Shown here piece by piece: positions 1 to 9,448 of a stretch of DNA of 64,000 bases; position 1 is the first letter of the stretch, and each line of letters begins with the position of its first letter. The stretch spans positions 11,865-75,864 of the forward strand of contig JAFULC010000044.1 in NCBI GenBank assembly GCA_017483305.1, given 5' to 3'. This DNA is from Clostridia bacterium (GTDB lineage Bacteria; Bacillota; Clostridia; Oscillospirales; CAG-272). The translations under genes were made by a program, and so were the position numbers. The notes beneath the pieces were generated by a model that made no database searches, had not been told where the DNA came from, and worked only from the letters and a program-made list of their open reading frames with translations.

Positions 1-290
1 CCGGAGGACTTTGCCGAGCAACCTATATAAACGATGTCCATATTCATATCAAGGTACTTTTTGAATACTCTCATAAATTCCTCTACGGGAACCTGTGTGG
101 TGGTGATGCGCTCACCGTTTCTCATAATATTGTAAAGCTCGTGAACCTCGCTATCCGACCAAGTCAGCTTCGCGGGCGTTTCCTTGCCCTGATACACGGT
201 ACGCATCTCTGCGTAATCAATATCGTATCTCTCTAAAAGTTCAGCATTGAGGTCAGCACAGGAGTCGGTGATGATTTTTACGTTTCTCAT
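1..290 (-). CDS. DegV family fatty-acid-binding protein (N-terminal part; gene runs off the left edge)
   Basis: Reverse-strand ORF with ATG at 288-290 preceded by AGAGG. My translation MRNVKIITDSCADLNAELLERYDIDY... has the ITDS..DL start typical of DegV proteins. Confidence 0.7.
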   Translation of the reverse strand, partial: MRNVKIITDSCADLNAELLERYDIDYAEMRTVYQGKETPAKLTWSDSEVHELYNIMRNGERITTTQVPVEEFMRVFKKYLDMNMDIVYIGCSAKSS

Positions 291-305
291 TTTGTTTTAC
301 CTCTT

Positions 306-797
306 TCATTTTTTTGTTATTAAGCGTTCTCTGTATTCAAGCATTGAAATCATTTTTTTGATTCTCGGTCTGTTGTATCTTTGTATCAGAATGAAAGCTA
401 AGTTGCATATCAGCCAACATAAAAACACGAGAGTTCCCCCAAGCCATTTCCAAATAAAGAGACATGGGATTCCAAAAAGTGCGGCAATGATATGGGTCGT
501 TTCGGCTTTGCAGGTTTCCTTCAGCAATATTTTTAGTTCTTCTATATTTCCTGTCTCAACCCGCTTTTTCTTCATAAACCTCGGAATGATTTTTGTAATC
601 AAAACACTCATATCCGGCAGCTTGGTTTTCCATTTGCTGATTTTTATTTTGTCGTATATTTTTCCTTCCTTTTCAAAGGCGAATGATCGAAAAATAAATC
701 GGTCTGCCGATATCCATCTTCGGGGAAAAAGACGACCGATTAAAAAAATGGCAATTCCAACGATCAGCAAATATCCAAGGCAGTTCAGAAAATTCAT
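306..797 (-). CDS. CrtO-like membrane acyltransferase (glycosyl-4,4'-diaponeurosporenoate acyltransferase family)
   Basis: 163 aa with hydrophobic segments. It has the F.FEKEGK.Y..I.KWK..LPD and C-terminal IQRYNRPR motifs known from S. aureus CrtO. Paralog of 9449-9976. Confidence 0.75.
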   Translation of the reverse strand: MNFLNCLGYLLIVGIAIFLIGRLFPRRWISADRFIFRSFAFEKEGKIYDKIKISKWKTKLPDMSVLITKIIPRFMKKKRVETGNIEELKILLKETCKAETTHIIAALFGIPCLFIWKWLGGTLVFLCWLICNLAFILIQRYNRPRIKKMISMLEYRERLITKK

Positions 798-807
798 ATG
801 GGACTCC

Positions 808-1035
808 TTACTTGTCTGTTTTTTCTTTTATGTAGCTGCAAACCTCACCTACTGTTTTGAATGGCTTGAATTCTTCAAACCGAAACCCAAATGCATTTTC
901 TATCTCGATACTTATCATCATAAGTGCCAAAGAATCTAAACCCAAATCATCCTTTAACAAGGTATCCTCCGTTATCTCCATATCTTCAATATCGGGCATA
1001 ACGTTAACCATAATTTCCTTGAGCTGTTCTATCAT
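808..1035 (-). CDS. acyl carrier protein / phosphopantetheine-binding protein (non-canonical sequence)
   Basis: 75 aa and acidic. It has the LGLDSL phosphopantetheine attachment motif and sits immediately downstream of plsX. Confidence 0.8.
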   Translation of the reverse strand: MIEQLKEIMVNVMPDIEDMEITEDTLLKDDLGLDSLALMMISIEIENAFGFRFEEFKPFKTVGEVCSYIKEKTDK

Positions 1036-1048
1036 CGAAACTCACCTC

Positions 1049-2029
1049 CTATTCCACAATCGTCTCATAAACCGAATTGTTTTTCGCAAAATTTAAAAGC
1101 ATGGATATACAGCTTATAATGCTTTGCTCGTTTGCTCTTCCGTGTGCTTTGATGATTGGCACGGAAGTGCCGAGAATAATTGCTCCGCCAAGTGAATTGA
1201 AATCGTATTTTGCCATCAGCTTTTCTGCAAGAGACATATATTCTTTGTTTTTCGTTTCCTTCGCCATTTTAACGATATCACGGATCAAACGACGAGCCGT
1301 TCCTTCCGTCACCTTCAAGACTTGATTCCCCGCGAAGCCGTCGCATACAACCACGTCACATTTGCCGGACAAGGCATCCGAGCCCTCCACGTTTCCGACA
1401 AACCGAATTTCCTCGCAAGCACGAAGTAGCGGAAAACTTTCCTTTACAAGCTTGTTACCCTTTGTATCCTCCGCGCCGTTTGAGAGCAACGCAACCCCGG
1501 GGGATTCGATTCCGTACATTTTTTTCATAAAGGCAGATGACTCTTTTGCAAATTGCAATAGCATCTCCGGCGTGCAGTCCACCGTGGCACCGGTGTCACA
1601 CAGACATACGTAACCGCCTGATTCCTTTGGCAATATTGCAGCAAGCATCGGTCTTTTCTTCGTTTTCGCGGTAAGATATCTCGCGCTTCCAACAACCAAC
1701 GCTCCCGTGTTTCCCGCATTTACAATCCCAACGATATCCTCATGCTCCCCCGCATAGATCAACGCTTTCACAAGGGACGAATCCCGTTTTTGAAAGATTG
1801 CGGACACAGGATCGCAATCGTTTGTGATCACCTCGGTTGCCGAAACGATTTCTATTCTTCCCATATCTATTTGTTCTGCCTCACATTCGCGCAGGATATG
1901 TGCTTCCTCTCCCACTAAAACGAGCGTAAGATCCGCGTGCTTCTTTAGCGCCAACGCCGCGCCTCGAATGATAGTGGCGCAGCCGCTATCATTCCCCATG
2001 GCATCGAGAACGATTTTGTATGTGCTCAT
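1049..2029 (-). CDS. plsX: phosphate acyltransferase PlsX
   Basis: 326 aa. The N-terminus IVLDAMGND and overall length and pattern are typical of PlsX. An ACP gene lies downstream. Confidence 0.9.
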   Translation of the reverse strand: MSTYKIVLDAMGNDSGCATIIRGAALALKKHADLTLVLVGEEAHILRECEAEQIDMGRIEIVSATEVITNDCDPVSAIFQKRDSSLVKALIYAGEHEDIVGIVNAGNTGALVVGSARYLTAKTKKRPMLAAILPKESGGYVCLCDTGATVDCTPEMLLQFAKESSAFMKKMYGIESPGVALLSNGAEDTKGNKLVKESFPLLRACEEIRFVGNVEGSDALSGKCDVVVCDGFAGNQVLKVTEGTARRLIRDIVKMAKETKNKEYMSLAEKLMAKYDFNSLGGAIILGTSVPIIKAHGRANEQSIISCISMLLNFAKNNSVYETIVE

Positions 2030-2072
2030 ATTTCCTCCTGATTATCTTGTTATTACAATTTCAAAAAGGCTG

Positions 2073-2522
2073 TCAAAACATAATCCTATACACGATCAAA
2101 GCAACGCAAACACCGATTGCACCGCCAATGAGAACCTGCAACGGCGTATGTCCCAAATGCTTTTTCAAGGTAATGGAGCTCTGTATTGAACCAACACTCT
2201 TTGAGATTTCCTCGATGTAAGCGCCTTGCTTTTCAACCTCTCTGCGAACTGCCATAGCGTCATGACAAACAATCAACGCAAGGAGCGCGCTGACACCGAA
2301 CTGAAAGCTTGCAAAGCCGTGCATCATTCCGCTGATGGCAGCGAGTGACATGACCGTTGCCGCATGACTGCTTGGCATACCACCGTCACCGAGCAAACGC
2401 TTTACGTCAAATTTCTTATTTTGGATGGCAAATAAAACGCCTTTTACTATTTGCGCAACGATCCAAGAGAAAAGACCCGTTATCAAATATGGATTCGTTA
2501 CGATTTGCTTGATTTGTACCAT
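2073..2522 (-). CDS. divergent PAP2 family membrane protein (DUF212)
   Basis: 149 aa membrane protein with the GGMPSSHAA motif characteristic of the divergent PAP2 / acid-phosphatase-like family. Confidence 0.75.
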   Translation of the reverse strand: MVQIKQIVTNPYLITGLFSWIVAQIVKGVLFAIQNKKFDVKRLLGDGGMPSSHAATVMSLAAISGMMHGFASFQFGVSALLALIVCHDAMAVRREVEKQGAYIEEISKSVGSIQSSITLKKHLGHTPLQVLIGGAIGVCVALIVYRIMF

Positions 2523-2554
2523 AGTTCCTCTGTCATTCTATGTTCTTCTTGTTT

Positions 2555-5500
2555 TTACAGCATATTTTGCTTTGCCACAGAAAGCATCAGCTTGATGCGG
2601 TTGAGCTGATTGACCTCGCTTGCGCCGGGATCGTAATCGACGGCGGCAATATTCGCCTGCGGATACGTCTTTTTGAGTGCCTTTATGACACCCTTGCCGA
2701 CCACGTGATTTGGCAGGCAGGCAAAGGGCTGAATGCAGACGATGTTAGGCGTTCCGTGAGTGATCAGCTCCACCATCTCACCTGTCAAGAACCATCCCTC
2801 TCCGTATTGATTGCCGAGAGATAGAATCGGCTTTGTCATTTGGGCGACCTTTTCGATTGGTACGGGTGCGTCAAAGCGACGGCTTTCCCTCAAAGCATCG
2901 ACGGCGGGCTTCCTCAGTTTTTTGACAAGCCGAAGCACCGTATTAGATGCCATTACGCTTTTCCGCGATCTGCCGTAATACTTTCGCTTGTAACGCGCGT
3001 TATACATACTGTAATTGACGAAGTCAATAAAATCGGGAACGACCGCCTCCGCGCCCTCGCCCTCAAGCAACTCGACAAGATGATTGTTGGCAAGAGGCAT
3101 ATATTTTACAAGAATCTCACCAACGATACCGACACGCGGCTTTTTGAGATTTTCGTCAATAGGAAATTCGTCAAAAGCCTTGACGATGCGGCGGCACATT
3201 TGCTTGTAGCTGATCTTGCAGTTATCATCCGTCAAGGCAGCAATACACTCATGCGTCAGCTCGTCCTTCAACTCGTTTGCCGAGCCGGGTGTTATCTCAT
3301 AAGGACGAACACGGTAAAGGCAACGCATCATCAGGTCACCGAGAAGGAGCGAGTACACAGCATCCTTTACCATTTTCAGATTTATTTTGAAGCCTTCATT
3401 GCTCTCAAGACCGCCCATACTGAGTGAGATCACGGGGATATGTGAATATCCCGCCTTGTCGAAGGCACGCCTGATAAAACCAACGTAGTTTGACGCGCGG
3501 CAACAACCGCCCGTCTGTGTCATCAACACGGCAAGGCGATTTGTGTCATACCTTCCCGACGTGATCGCCTCCATAAACTGACCGACGATGGTAATGGATG
3601 GGAAACACGCATCGTTGTTGACATATTTCAGTCCCGTGTCAATGGCTTTTCGGTTGTCGTTATTCAGAATTTCAAGCTGATAGCCGTGCTTGCGGAACAC
3701 GGGTTCCAGAATCGCGAAATGAATAGGAAGCATCTGTGGTGCTAAAATCGTATAGCCTGCATTCTGCATTTCGGCGGTATATTCGGTTCGGCGGTATGCG
3801 CCTACATTCAGCGAAGGCTTTATCCCAAGCTCACGTCTTTGGCGCATTGCAGAAAGAAGACTGCGGATGCGAATGCGAACTGCCCCGAGATTGTTGACCT
3901 CGTCTATTTTCAGCACGGTATAGAGCTTATTGCTCTTTTCAAGAATCTCATTTACTTGGTCTGTTGTAACAGCATCAAGTCCGCAACCGAAGGAATTGAG
4001 CTGTATCAGCTCAAGATCGTTTCTGCCGCACACGAACTCTGCCGCCGTGTAGAGTCTTGAATGGTAAACCCATTGGTCAAGCACGCGCAAGGGGCGCTCG
4101 GGAGAAAGATCCACGGGAAGACTATCCTCGGTAAAAACGTACAAGCCAAATGACGAAATCAGCTCGGGAATACCGTGATTGATCTCGGGATCAATGTGAT
4201 ACGGCCTGCCTGTAAGAACGATGCCGTTTTTACCTTCTGTCTCCATTTGGCGCAATAGCCGTTCACCCTCGTCGCGAATATCACGCTTTGCGCGCCTTTG
4301 CTCCATCCAAGCCCTTGAAACCGCCAAGCGAACCTCTTTTTCGGGAATATTCCATTCCTCACGGCAAATCGTCACAAGTCGGTCGGCGGCAATCTTTTCA
4401 TTGGACATTGCCATAAACGGGCGAACGTAACGCACCTTGCCGTCGGTTACGGCTTCCACGTTGTTTTTAATATTCTCGGCGTAAGAAATAACGATTGGGC
4501 AGTTGTATCGGTTCTGTGAGGTTTCAACCTCTTTATATTCGTAGTAAACGCAAGGATGGAAAATGGTTTTGAGTCCTTTTGCGATCAGCCATTCTGCGTG
4601 ACCGTGCGAAAGCTTCGCAGGATAGCATTCCGATTCTGACGGGATCGACTCCATTCCCATCTCATATATCCTTCTGTCCGACCACGGTGACAAAACCACC
4701 GAAAATCCAAGCTCTGAAAAGAAGGTCGCCCAGAAGGGATAATTTTCATACATATTCAGCACACGAGGAATGCCGATTTCACCCCTCGGTGCTTTTTCTT
4801 TTGGCAGAGGCGGGTAATCGAATATCCGCTTTCGTTTGTACTCCATCATATTTGGGGCTTTTCTTCTGCCATTCAGATTTCCGATCCCCTTTTCACAGCG
4901 GTTGCCGGTAATATAGCTACCGCCGTTTGAAAAGCGATTGACCGTCAGCATACAGTTATTGGAGCATCCGCTGCAACGCCTGCCCTTTGATGTATATGTA
5001 AGTCCGATGATCTCGTCAAGCGGCAGCATCGTCGTTGGCTTACCGCGATAATGATCTTTTGCGATCAGCGCCGCGCCAAAAGCTCCCATAAGTCCCGAAA
5101 TGTCGGGACAAACGGCTTCTACACCCGCTATCTTTTCAAAGGCTCGGAGTACGGCTTTGTTGTGGAACGTACCGCCCTGAACGACAACGTGGCTGCCAAG
5201 CTCGGAAGCGTCTGCCAGCTTGATAACCTTAAATAGCGCATTTTTAATGACCGAGTAAGCAAGCCCCGCTGAAATATCAGCAACGCTCGCACCCTCCTTT
5301 TGCGCTTGCTTGACATTGGAATTCATAAAGACGGTACAGCGCGTACCGAGGTCAACGGGATTTTGCGCCTTTAGTGCCTCGGCGGCAAAATCCTGTGCAG
5401 AATATCCAAGTGAATTTGCAAAGTTTTCGATAAATGAGCCACAGCCAGATGAGCAGGCTTCGTTGAGCAGAATACTGTCTACCGTACCGTTTTTGAGCTT

Positions 5501-6796
5501 GATGCATTTCATATCCTGACCGCCGATGTCGAGAACACAGTCCACGTCCTTATCAAAAAAGGATGCGGCCGTACAGTGCGCAATAGTTTCTACCTCGCCC
5601 TCGTCAAGCGAGAATGCGGCTTTTAGTAGCGCCTCGCCGTAGCCTGTCGAGCAGGAACGAACGATCTTCGCGCCATCGGGCAGCTTTTCCTTTAGCTGTT
5701 TAACAGCGCCAATCGCCGTTTTGATGGGATCGCCTTGATTGTTGGCGTAAAACGAGAACAAAAGCTGTCCTTCATTTCCGATCAGCACGAGCTCGGTGGT
5801 GGTAGAGCCCGCGTCGATACCGAGGAAGCAGTCTCCTCGGTATGTAGTGATATCAACCTTGGGCAATACCGCCCGCTCGTGTCGATCGGTAAACGCCCGA
5901 TATTCTTCCTCATTCTGAAACAGCGGATCGAGCCTCGGCATTTCAAAGTTGACGGCAACGCCCTGCCGCAGTTTCTTTTCAAGCTCGTCCATTCGCACAC
6001 ACACACTGTCAGAAGAAAGCAGAGCCGCGCCCATCGCCGCAAAGAGATGCGAGTTTTCGGGATCAACGGTGGTTTCGGGTGTGAGCTTCAGAGTCCTGAT
6101 AAACGCCTTTTTCAGCTCGGGCATAAAGTGAAGCGGGCCGCCGAGAAAAGCAACACATCCTCGAATGGGCTTTCCGCAGGCAAGTCCCGATATAGTTTGA
6201 TTGACTACCGCTTGAAAGATCGATGCGGCAAGATCAGCCGTGCTTGCCCCCTCATTGACAAGGGGCTGAATGTCGGTCTTTGCAAACACTCCGCAACGGG
6301 CGGCAATAGGATAGATCTCCTTGTAGTTTTCGGCAGCTTTGTTAAGTCCCTCGGCATCGGTCTGCAAAAGTACCGCCATTTGATCGATAAAGCTGCCGGT
6401 GCCTCCCGCGCAAACGCCGTTCATGCGTTCTTCAAGACCGCCCGTAAAATAGATGATCTTGGCATCCTCACCGCCAAGCTCGATGGCAACATCGGTTTGC
6501 GGTGCTACCTTTTTAAGTGCTGTCGCTACCGCCACGACCTCCTGAACAAAGGAGATATCAAGTGATTTTGCAAGGTTGATAGCACCCGAACCGGTAATAG
6601 AAAGGCGAAGGAAACCTTCTCCGAGCGTCTTTCTCGCATCCGAGAGAAGCTCCGCAAGGGTTTCTTGTGTCCTTGCTCCGTGGCGCTTATATTTTCCGTA
6701 AATTAGATTGTCGGCATCGTCAAGCACCACGAGCTTTACCGTCGTTGAGCCTATGTCGATACCTGCGCGATAATGTATCAATGTGTGTTCCTCCAT
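2555..6796 (-). CDS. BcrAD/BadFG-type activase ATPase (two copies) fused to 2-hydroxyacyl-CoA dehydratase-like domains; candidate anaerobic plasmalogen synthase (PlsA/PlsR-type fusion)
   Basis: 1413 aa. It has two GIDIGSTT / GIDAGSTTT acetate/sugar-kinase-fold ATPase modules, followed by Cys-rich dehydratase-like C-terminal domains. It is embedded in a phospholipid operon. Confidence 0.8.
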   Translation of the reverse strand: MEEHTLIHYRAGIDIGSTTVKLVVLDDADNLIYGKYKRHGARTQETLAELLSDARKTLGEGFLRLSITGSGAINLAKSLDISFVQEVVAVATALKKVAPQTDVAIELGGEDAKIIYFTGGLEERMNGVCAGGTGSFIDQMAVLLQTDAEGLNKAAENYKEIYPIAARCGVFAKTDIQPLVNEGASTADLAASIFQAVVNQTISGLACGKPIRGCVAFLGGPLHFMPELKKAFIRTLKLTPETTVDPENSHLFAAMGAALLSSDSVCVRMDELEKKLRQGVAVNFEMPRLDPLFQNEEEYRAFTDRHERAVLPKVDITTYRGDCFLGIDAGSTTTELVLIGNEGQLLFSFYANNQGDPIKTAIGAVKQLKEKLPDGAKIVRSCSTGYGEALLKAAFSLDEGEVETIAHCTAASFFDKDVDCVLDIGGQDMKCIKLKNGTVDSILLNEACSSGCGSFIENFANSLGYSAQDFAAEALKAQNPVDLGTRCTVFMNSNVKQAQKEGASVADISAGLAYSVIKNALFKVIKLADASELGSHVVVQGGTFHNKAVLRAFEKIAGVEAVCPDISGLMGAFGAALIAKDHYRGKPTTMLPLDEIIGLTYTSKGRRCSGCSNNCMLTVNRFSNGGSYITGNRCEKGIGNLNGRRKAPNMMEYKRKRIFDYPPLPKEKAPRGEIGIPRVLNMYENYPFWATFFSELGFSVVLSPWSDRRIYEMGMESIPSESECYPAKLSHGHAEWLIAKGLKTIFHPCVYYEYKEVETSQNRYNCPIVISYAENIKNNVEAVTDGKVRYVRPFMAMSNEKIAADRLVTICREEWNIPEKEVRLAVSRAWMEQRRAKRDIRDEGERLLRQMETEGKNGIVLTGRPYHIDPEINHGIPELISSFGLYVFTEDSLPVDLSPERPLRVLDQWVYHSRLYTAAEFVCGRNDLELIQLNSFGCGLDAVTTDQVNEILEKSNKLYTVLKIDEVNNLGAVRIRIRSLLSAMRQRRELGIKPSLNVGAYRRTEYTAEMQNAGYTILAPQMLPIHFAILEPVFRKHGYQLEILNNDNRKAIDTGLKYVNNDACFPSITIVGQFMEAITSGRYDTNRLAVLMTQTGGCCRASNYVGFIRRAFDKAGYSHIPVISLSMGGLESNEGFKINLKMVKDAVYSLLLGDLMMRCLYRVRPYEITPGSANELKDELTHECIAALTDDNCKISYKQMCRRIVKAFDEFPIDENLKKPRVGIVGEILVKYMPLANNHLVELLEGEGAEAVVPDFIDFVNYSMYNARYKRKYYGRSRKSVMASNTVLRLVKKLRKPAVDALRESRRFDAPVPIEKVAQMTKPILSLGNQYGEGWFLTGEMVELITHGTPNIVCIQPFACLPNHVVGKGVIKALKKTYPQANIAAVDYDPGASEVNQLNRIKLMLSVAKQNML

Positions 6797-6807
6797 AAGG
6801 ATGTCAA

Positions 6808-7629
6808 TTAACCAATGAATCCTCTTCCAAAAGTACAGAAGACAAGTGTAAATGCGATTGCGAATATATGGCTGTCAAAACGATCAAGCACACCGCCGTG
6901 TCCGGGAAAGATCTTTCCGTAGTCCTTGATTCCGCATATGCGCTTGATGACCGACATCGACAGATCTCCAAACTGCCCCGCGATAACGGCAAGCACCGAC
7001 CAAAGAGCAAGTGGCTTTAACTGAAATATGATTTTGGTGTTTCTTTCCATTAACACAGCAAGTCCAATCACAAGGACAGTCGTAAAAACGATGCCGCCCA
7101 GCGCACCCTCTACGGTTTTCTTCGGACTTACTCTTGGTGCAAGTTGATGTGTGCCAAAAATCTTTCCCGTGAAATACGCCAAAATATCCGAAAGAAAACA
7201 GACGGTGATCGCAAATGCCAAATACAACCATCCGTTTTCAAGCACCCGTAACGTAGGAATTGCTCTGATCAGAAGCACAACGATCAAAGCCATTACTACG
7301 CTCTGACGCGTTCGATAAAAACGGAAAGTTTCCATTTTTCTCATCATTGCGGCAAAAACAAAAATTGCGACGATCAAGGTGACACAAGCGAACACCTCAT
7401 AATGCGGAATCGGCGCAAAGGAAATGATTGCCGCCACCACAAGTGATATAAAAAGCGGTGCTTTCTTTTTATTTTCTCCCGTTGCACGAAAGATCTCGTA
7501 TACAGCGGCAATTGAAAGCAAAGCCGTTGCCGCCTCTGTTACGAATGGGTATTTCGATAAAAAGACGATAGCATATACCGCTATAACAATGAAAAGACCT
7601 GTAAAGGTTCTTATGAATACTTTCTTCAT
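6808..7629 (-). CDS. cdsA: phosphatidate cytidylyltransferase
   Basis: Multi-TM protein with the C-terminal signature GDL..S..KR..G.KD.G...PGHGG.LDR.DS. The start was moved to MKKVFIRT at 7629, two nt after the upstream TAG. Confidence 0.9.
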   Translation of the reverse strand: MKKVFIRTFTGLFIVIAVYAIVFLSKYPFVTEAATALLSIAAVYEIFRATGENKKKAPLFISLVVAAIISFAPIPHYEVFACVTLIVAIFVFAAMMRKMETFRFYRTRQSVVMALIVVLLIRAIPTLRVLENGWLYLAFAITVCFLSDILAYFTGKIFGTHQLAPRVSPKKTVEGALGGIVFTTVLVIGLAVLMERNTKIIFQLKPLALWSVLAVIAGQFGDLSMSVIKRICGIKDYGKIFPGHGGVLDRFDSHIFAIAFTLVFCTFGRGFIG

Positions 7630-7631
7630 CT

Positions 7632-8195
7632 CTAACTTTTTCTCTTGATGAAATTCGGATACAAGACCGTTTTGAACACAAAGCCGCTGCATTGAACGAG
7701 CAAAATAATTCCGATGATATAGTTCATTCCGAAAAATTCTTCAATCGGTCGGAGCAAGGCAGCAACGCCCGACACAAGCTCAATGATGCTGATTACGAAG
7801 AAAATCACCCAACCGTGAACGCCCTCTCTTTTCAGCTCGCGGGAATCAATAAATTTCAAAATTCCGGAAAACAGCTCCCATACACCGAAGAAAAACGGAA
7901 TCATCGTTGGTATGATCATCTGATTAAACAGTAAGAACAACGAGAGCATCGCCGTGCTCATTCCGTCTGCCAAAAGCCAAGGCGCGCCGTGAAGCTCTCC
8001 CCGTTTTTTTCGATATACAAGGACGTTACAAAGACCAGCAAAAAGCATAATAACACCGAGAGGCGTAGCAATTCTTAAAAGCCTATCACCGTCCGTGGCA
8101 AATGATAGAATACTGCCGCAGACCAAAAGGAGTGCCGCCCATCCCCAGCATATCTGCACCCACGAAATCCTTGATTTGCCTTGGATTTTTGCCAT
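7632..8195 (-). CDS. DUF308 / HdeD-like membrane protein
   Basis: 187 aa with about 6 hydrophobic helices. GAGGA RBS lies 8 nt upstream of the ATG. It is the first gene of the long minus-strand lipid operon. Confidence 0.6.
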   Translation of the reverse strand: MAKIQGKSRISWVQICWGWAALLLVCGSILSFATDGDRLLRIATPLGVIMLFAGLCNVLVYRKKRGELHGAPWLLADGMSTAMLSLFLLFNQMIIPTMIPFFFGVWELFSGILKFIDSRELKREGVHGWVIFFVISIIELVSGVAALLRPIEEFFGMNYIIGIILLVQCSGFVFKTVLYPNFIKRKS

Positions 8196-8228
8196 TTTTC
8201 GTTCCTCGTTTCCACAATTCGTAGGTCA

Positions 8229-8338
8229 ATTATACCATTATTTAAATCTGCGCGCATTGGACAAAAAATGAGTGCCGTCCCAAAATGCGACACATTCCGA
8301 AAGTGTTACATTTTTGGACACATAACGAAAATTGTCCC
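8229..8338 (-). promoter_or_regulatory. extended -10 promoter (TGGTATAAT, 8229-8237) plus a shared 36-nt motif (8303-8338) and a second GGGAC..TGTCC unit (8259-8283)
   Basis: The reverse complement of 8303-8338 is GGGACAATTTTCGTTATGTGTCCAAAAATGTAACAC. By my count this is 31/36 identical to 13452-13487. Confidence 0.4.
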
Positions 8339-8417
8339 TTGTAGGTTTTCTCTGATATCGGTACAATTTATATACTGCACAGCGTGCAGATTACGTTATT
8401 TTGGAGTGAAAAAGTAA

Positions 8418-9443
8418 ATGAACCGAGTAATGCTTGAATCCATATTTCGAAGAACGCTTGTTGAAATGAAGGACTCGCCCGAAAGAAGCACGAGAAGGCT
8501 TGTAGACCTTGGCGTTGATCTGTGCCGAGGACGTTTCCGCGATGAGTTTTTGCTCAGCACCCAAGCTGCGCTTGAAAATCCCAACAGCGCATATTACCGT
8601 TTGGTTCAAGACACCGTTTTTCACGTAGATACCGATAAATTGCTCGACTTCAGCTTTAACATTGGTTATAACGGATTTGCCGAAGGCTCGGAGACCATAC
8701 GCAAAATTGAAAAAAAGGAATGCTATGACATTCCATGGTGCCTCACACTTGAGATAAGCGACGAGAAACTGAATGAGTATTCGGATATTATCGCGCAAGG
8801 CGAGAAGCTCGGCATCCATCTTTGGATCCTGCACGCAGAATATCTGACTCACACCTTATTCGACATAATTGATTCGCACAAGAAAAGCTCCTTCATCCTT
8901 TGCGTTCCTCCCGCCTCGCTTGAGGGCGATATGGTAAAAACGGCGGATGAACTGAACAATCTGATGATTGCGGTAAAATATACGGAGGGCGTGACCGACG
9001 AGGACGAAATGCTCGCAGCCTGCAGATTGCTTCGTGAAAACGGACTTTTATATTCGGTATACACCCCTTACACCGAGAGGGACGTGGATACCATTATCAG
9101 CGACGACCTGATCACACAGGTGGAGTCGTATAATCCCGTGATGTTTTTCCTCTCTCCCGATTACAAATGCCCGATGTCTGTTCGGAAGCGTGTATTCTCA
9201 TACGTCAATCGCACACGAAAGAAGCAACAGTATAAAACCATCCTGTGGGATCTCTACTATGACACTAATCATATCGATTCGATCATCTCGGATAATTGCT
9301 GTCAAGCGGCGTTTAACAAGGTCGGAGCGCTTGTTTCCTATCAAAAGAAAAAGATCTACACCGAATACAATTTGTTCGAGCAAAAGCTCTGTGACATTTT
9401 ACGCTCTGCATTCCCCAAGAAAGCGGCGACAGTCAATGGGTAA
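8418..9443 (+). CDS. hypothetical protein (first gene of the glycolipid operon)
   Basis: 341-aa ORF, soluble-looking, with no motif I recognise. It is tightly followed (5 nt) by the CrtO-like gene. Confidence 0.6.
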   Translation: MNRVMLESIFRRTLVEMKDSPERSTRRLVDLGVDLCRGRFRDEFLLSTQAALENPNSAYYRLVQDTVFHVDTDKLLDFSFNIGYNGFAEGSETIRKIEKKECYDIPWCLTLEISDEKLNEYSDIIAQGEKLGIHLWILHAEYLTHTLFDIIDSHKKSSFILCVPPASLEGDMVKTADELNNLMIAVKYTEGVTDEDEMLAACRLLRENGLLYSVYTPYTERDVDTIISDDLITQVESYNPVMFFLSPDYKCPMSVRKRVFSYVNRTRKKQQYKTILWDLYYDTNHIDSIISDNCCQAAFNKVGALVSYQKKKIYTEYNLFEQKLCDILRSAFPKKAATVNG

Positions 9444-9448
9444 GCGGT

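Noticed and set aside
247-939. A 230-aa plus-strand ORF spanning the CrtO-like and ACP genes.
   Set aside because: Its translation is low-complexity and Phe/Ile/Ser-rich, produced by the AT-rich antisense strand. It overlaps two minus-strand genes that have clear motifs and ribosome-binding sites.
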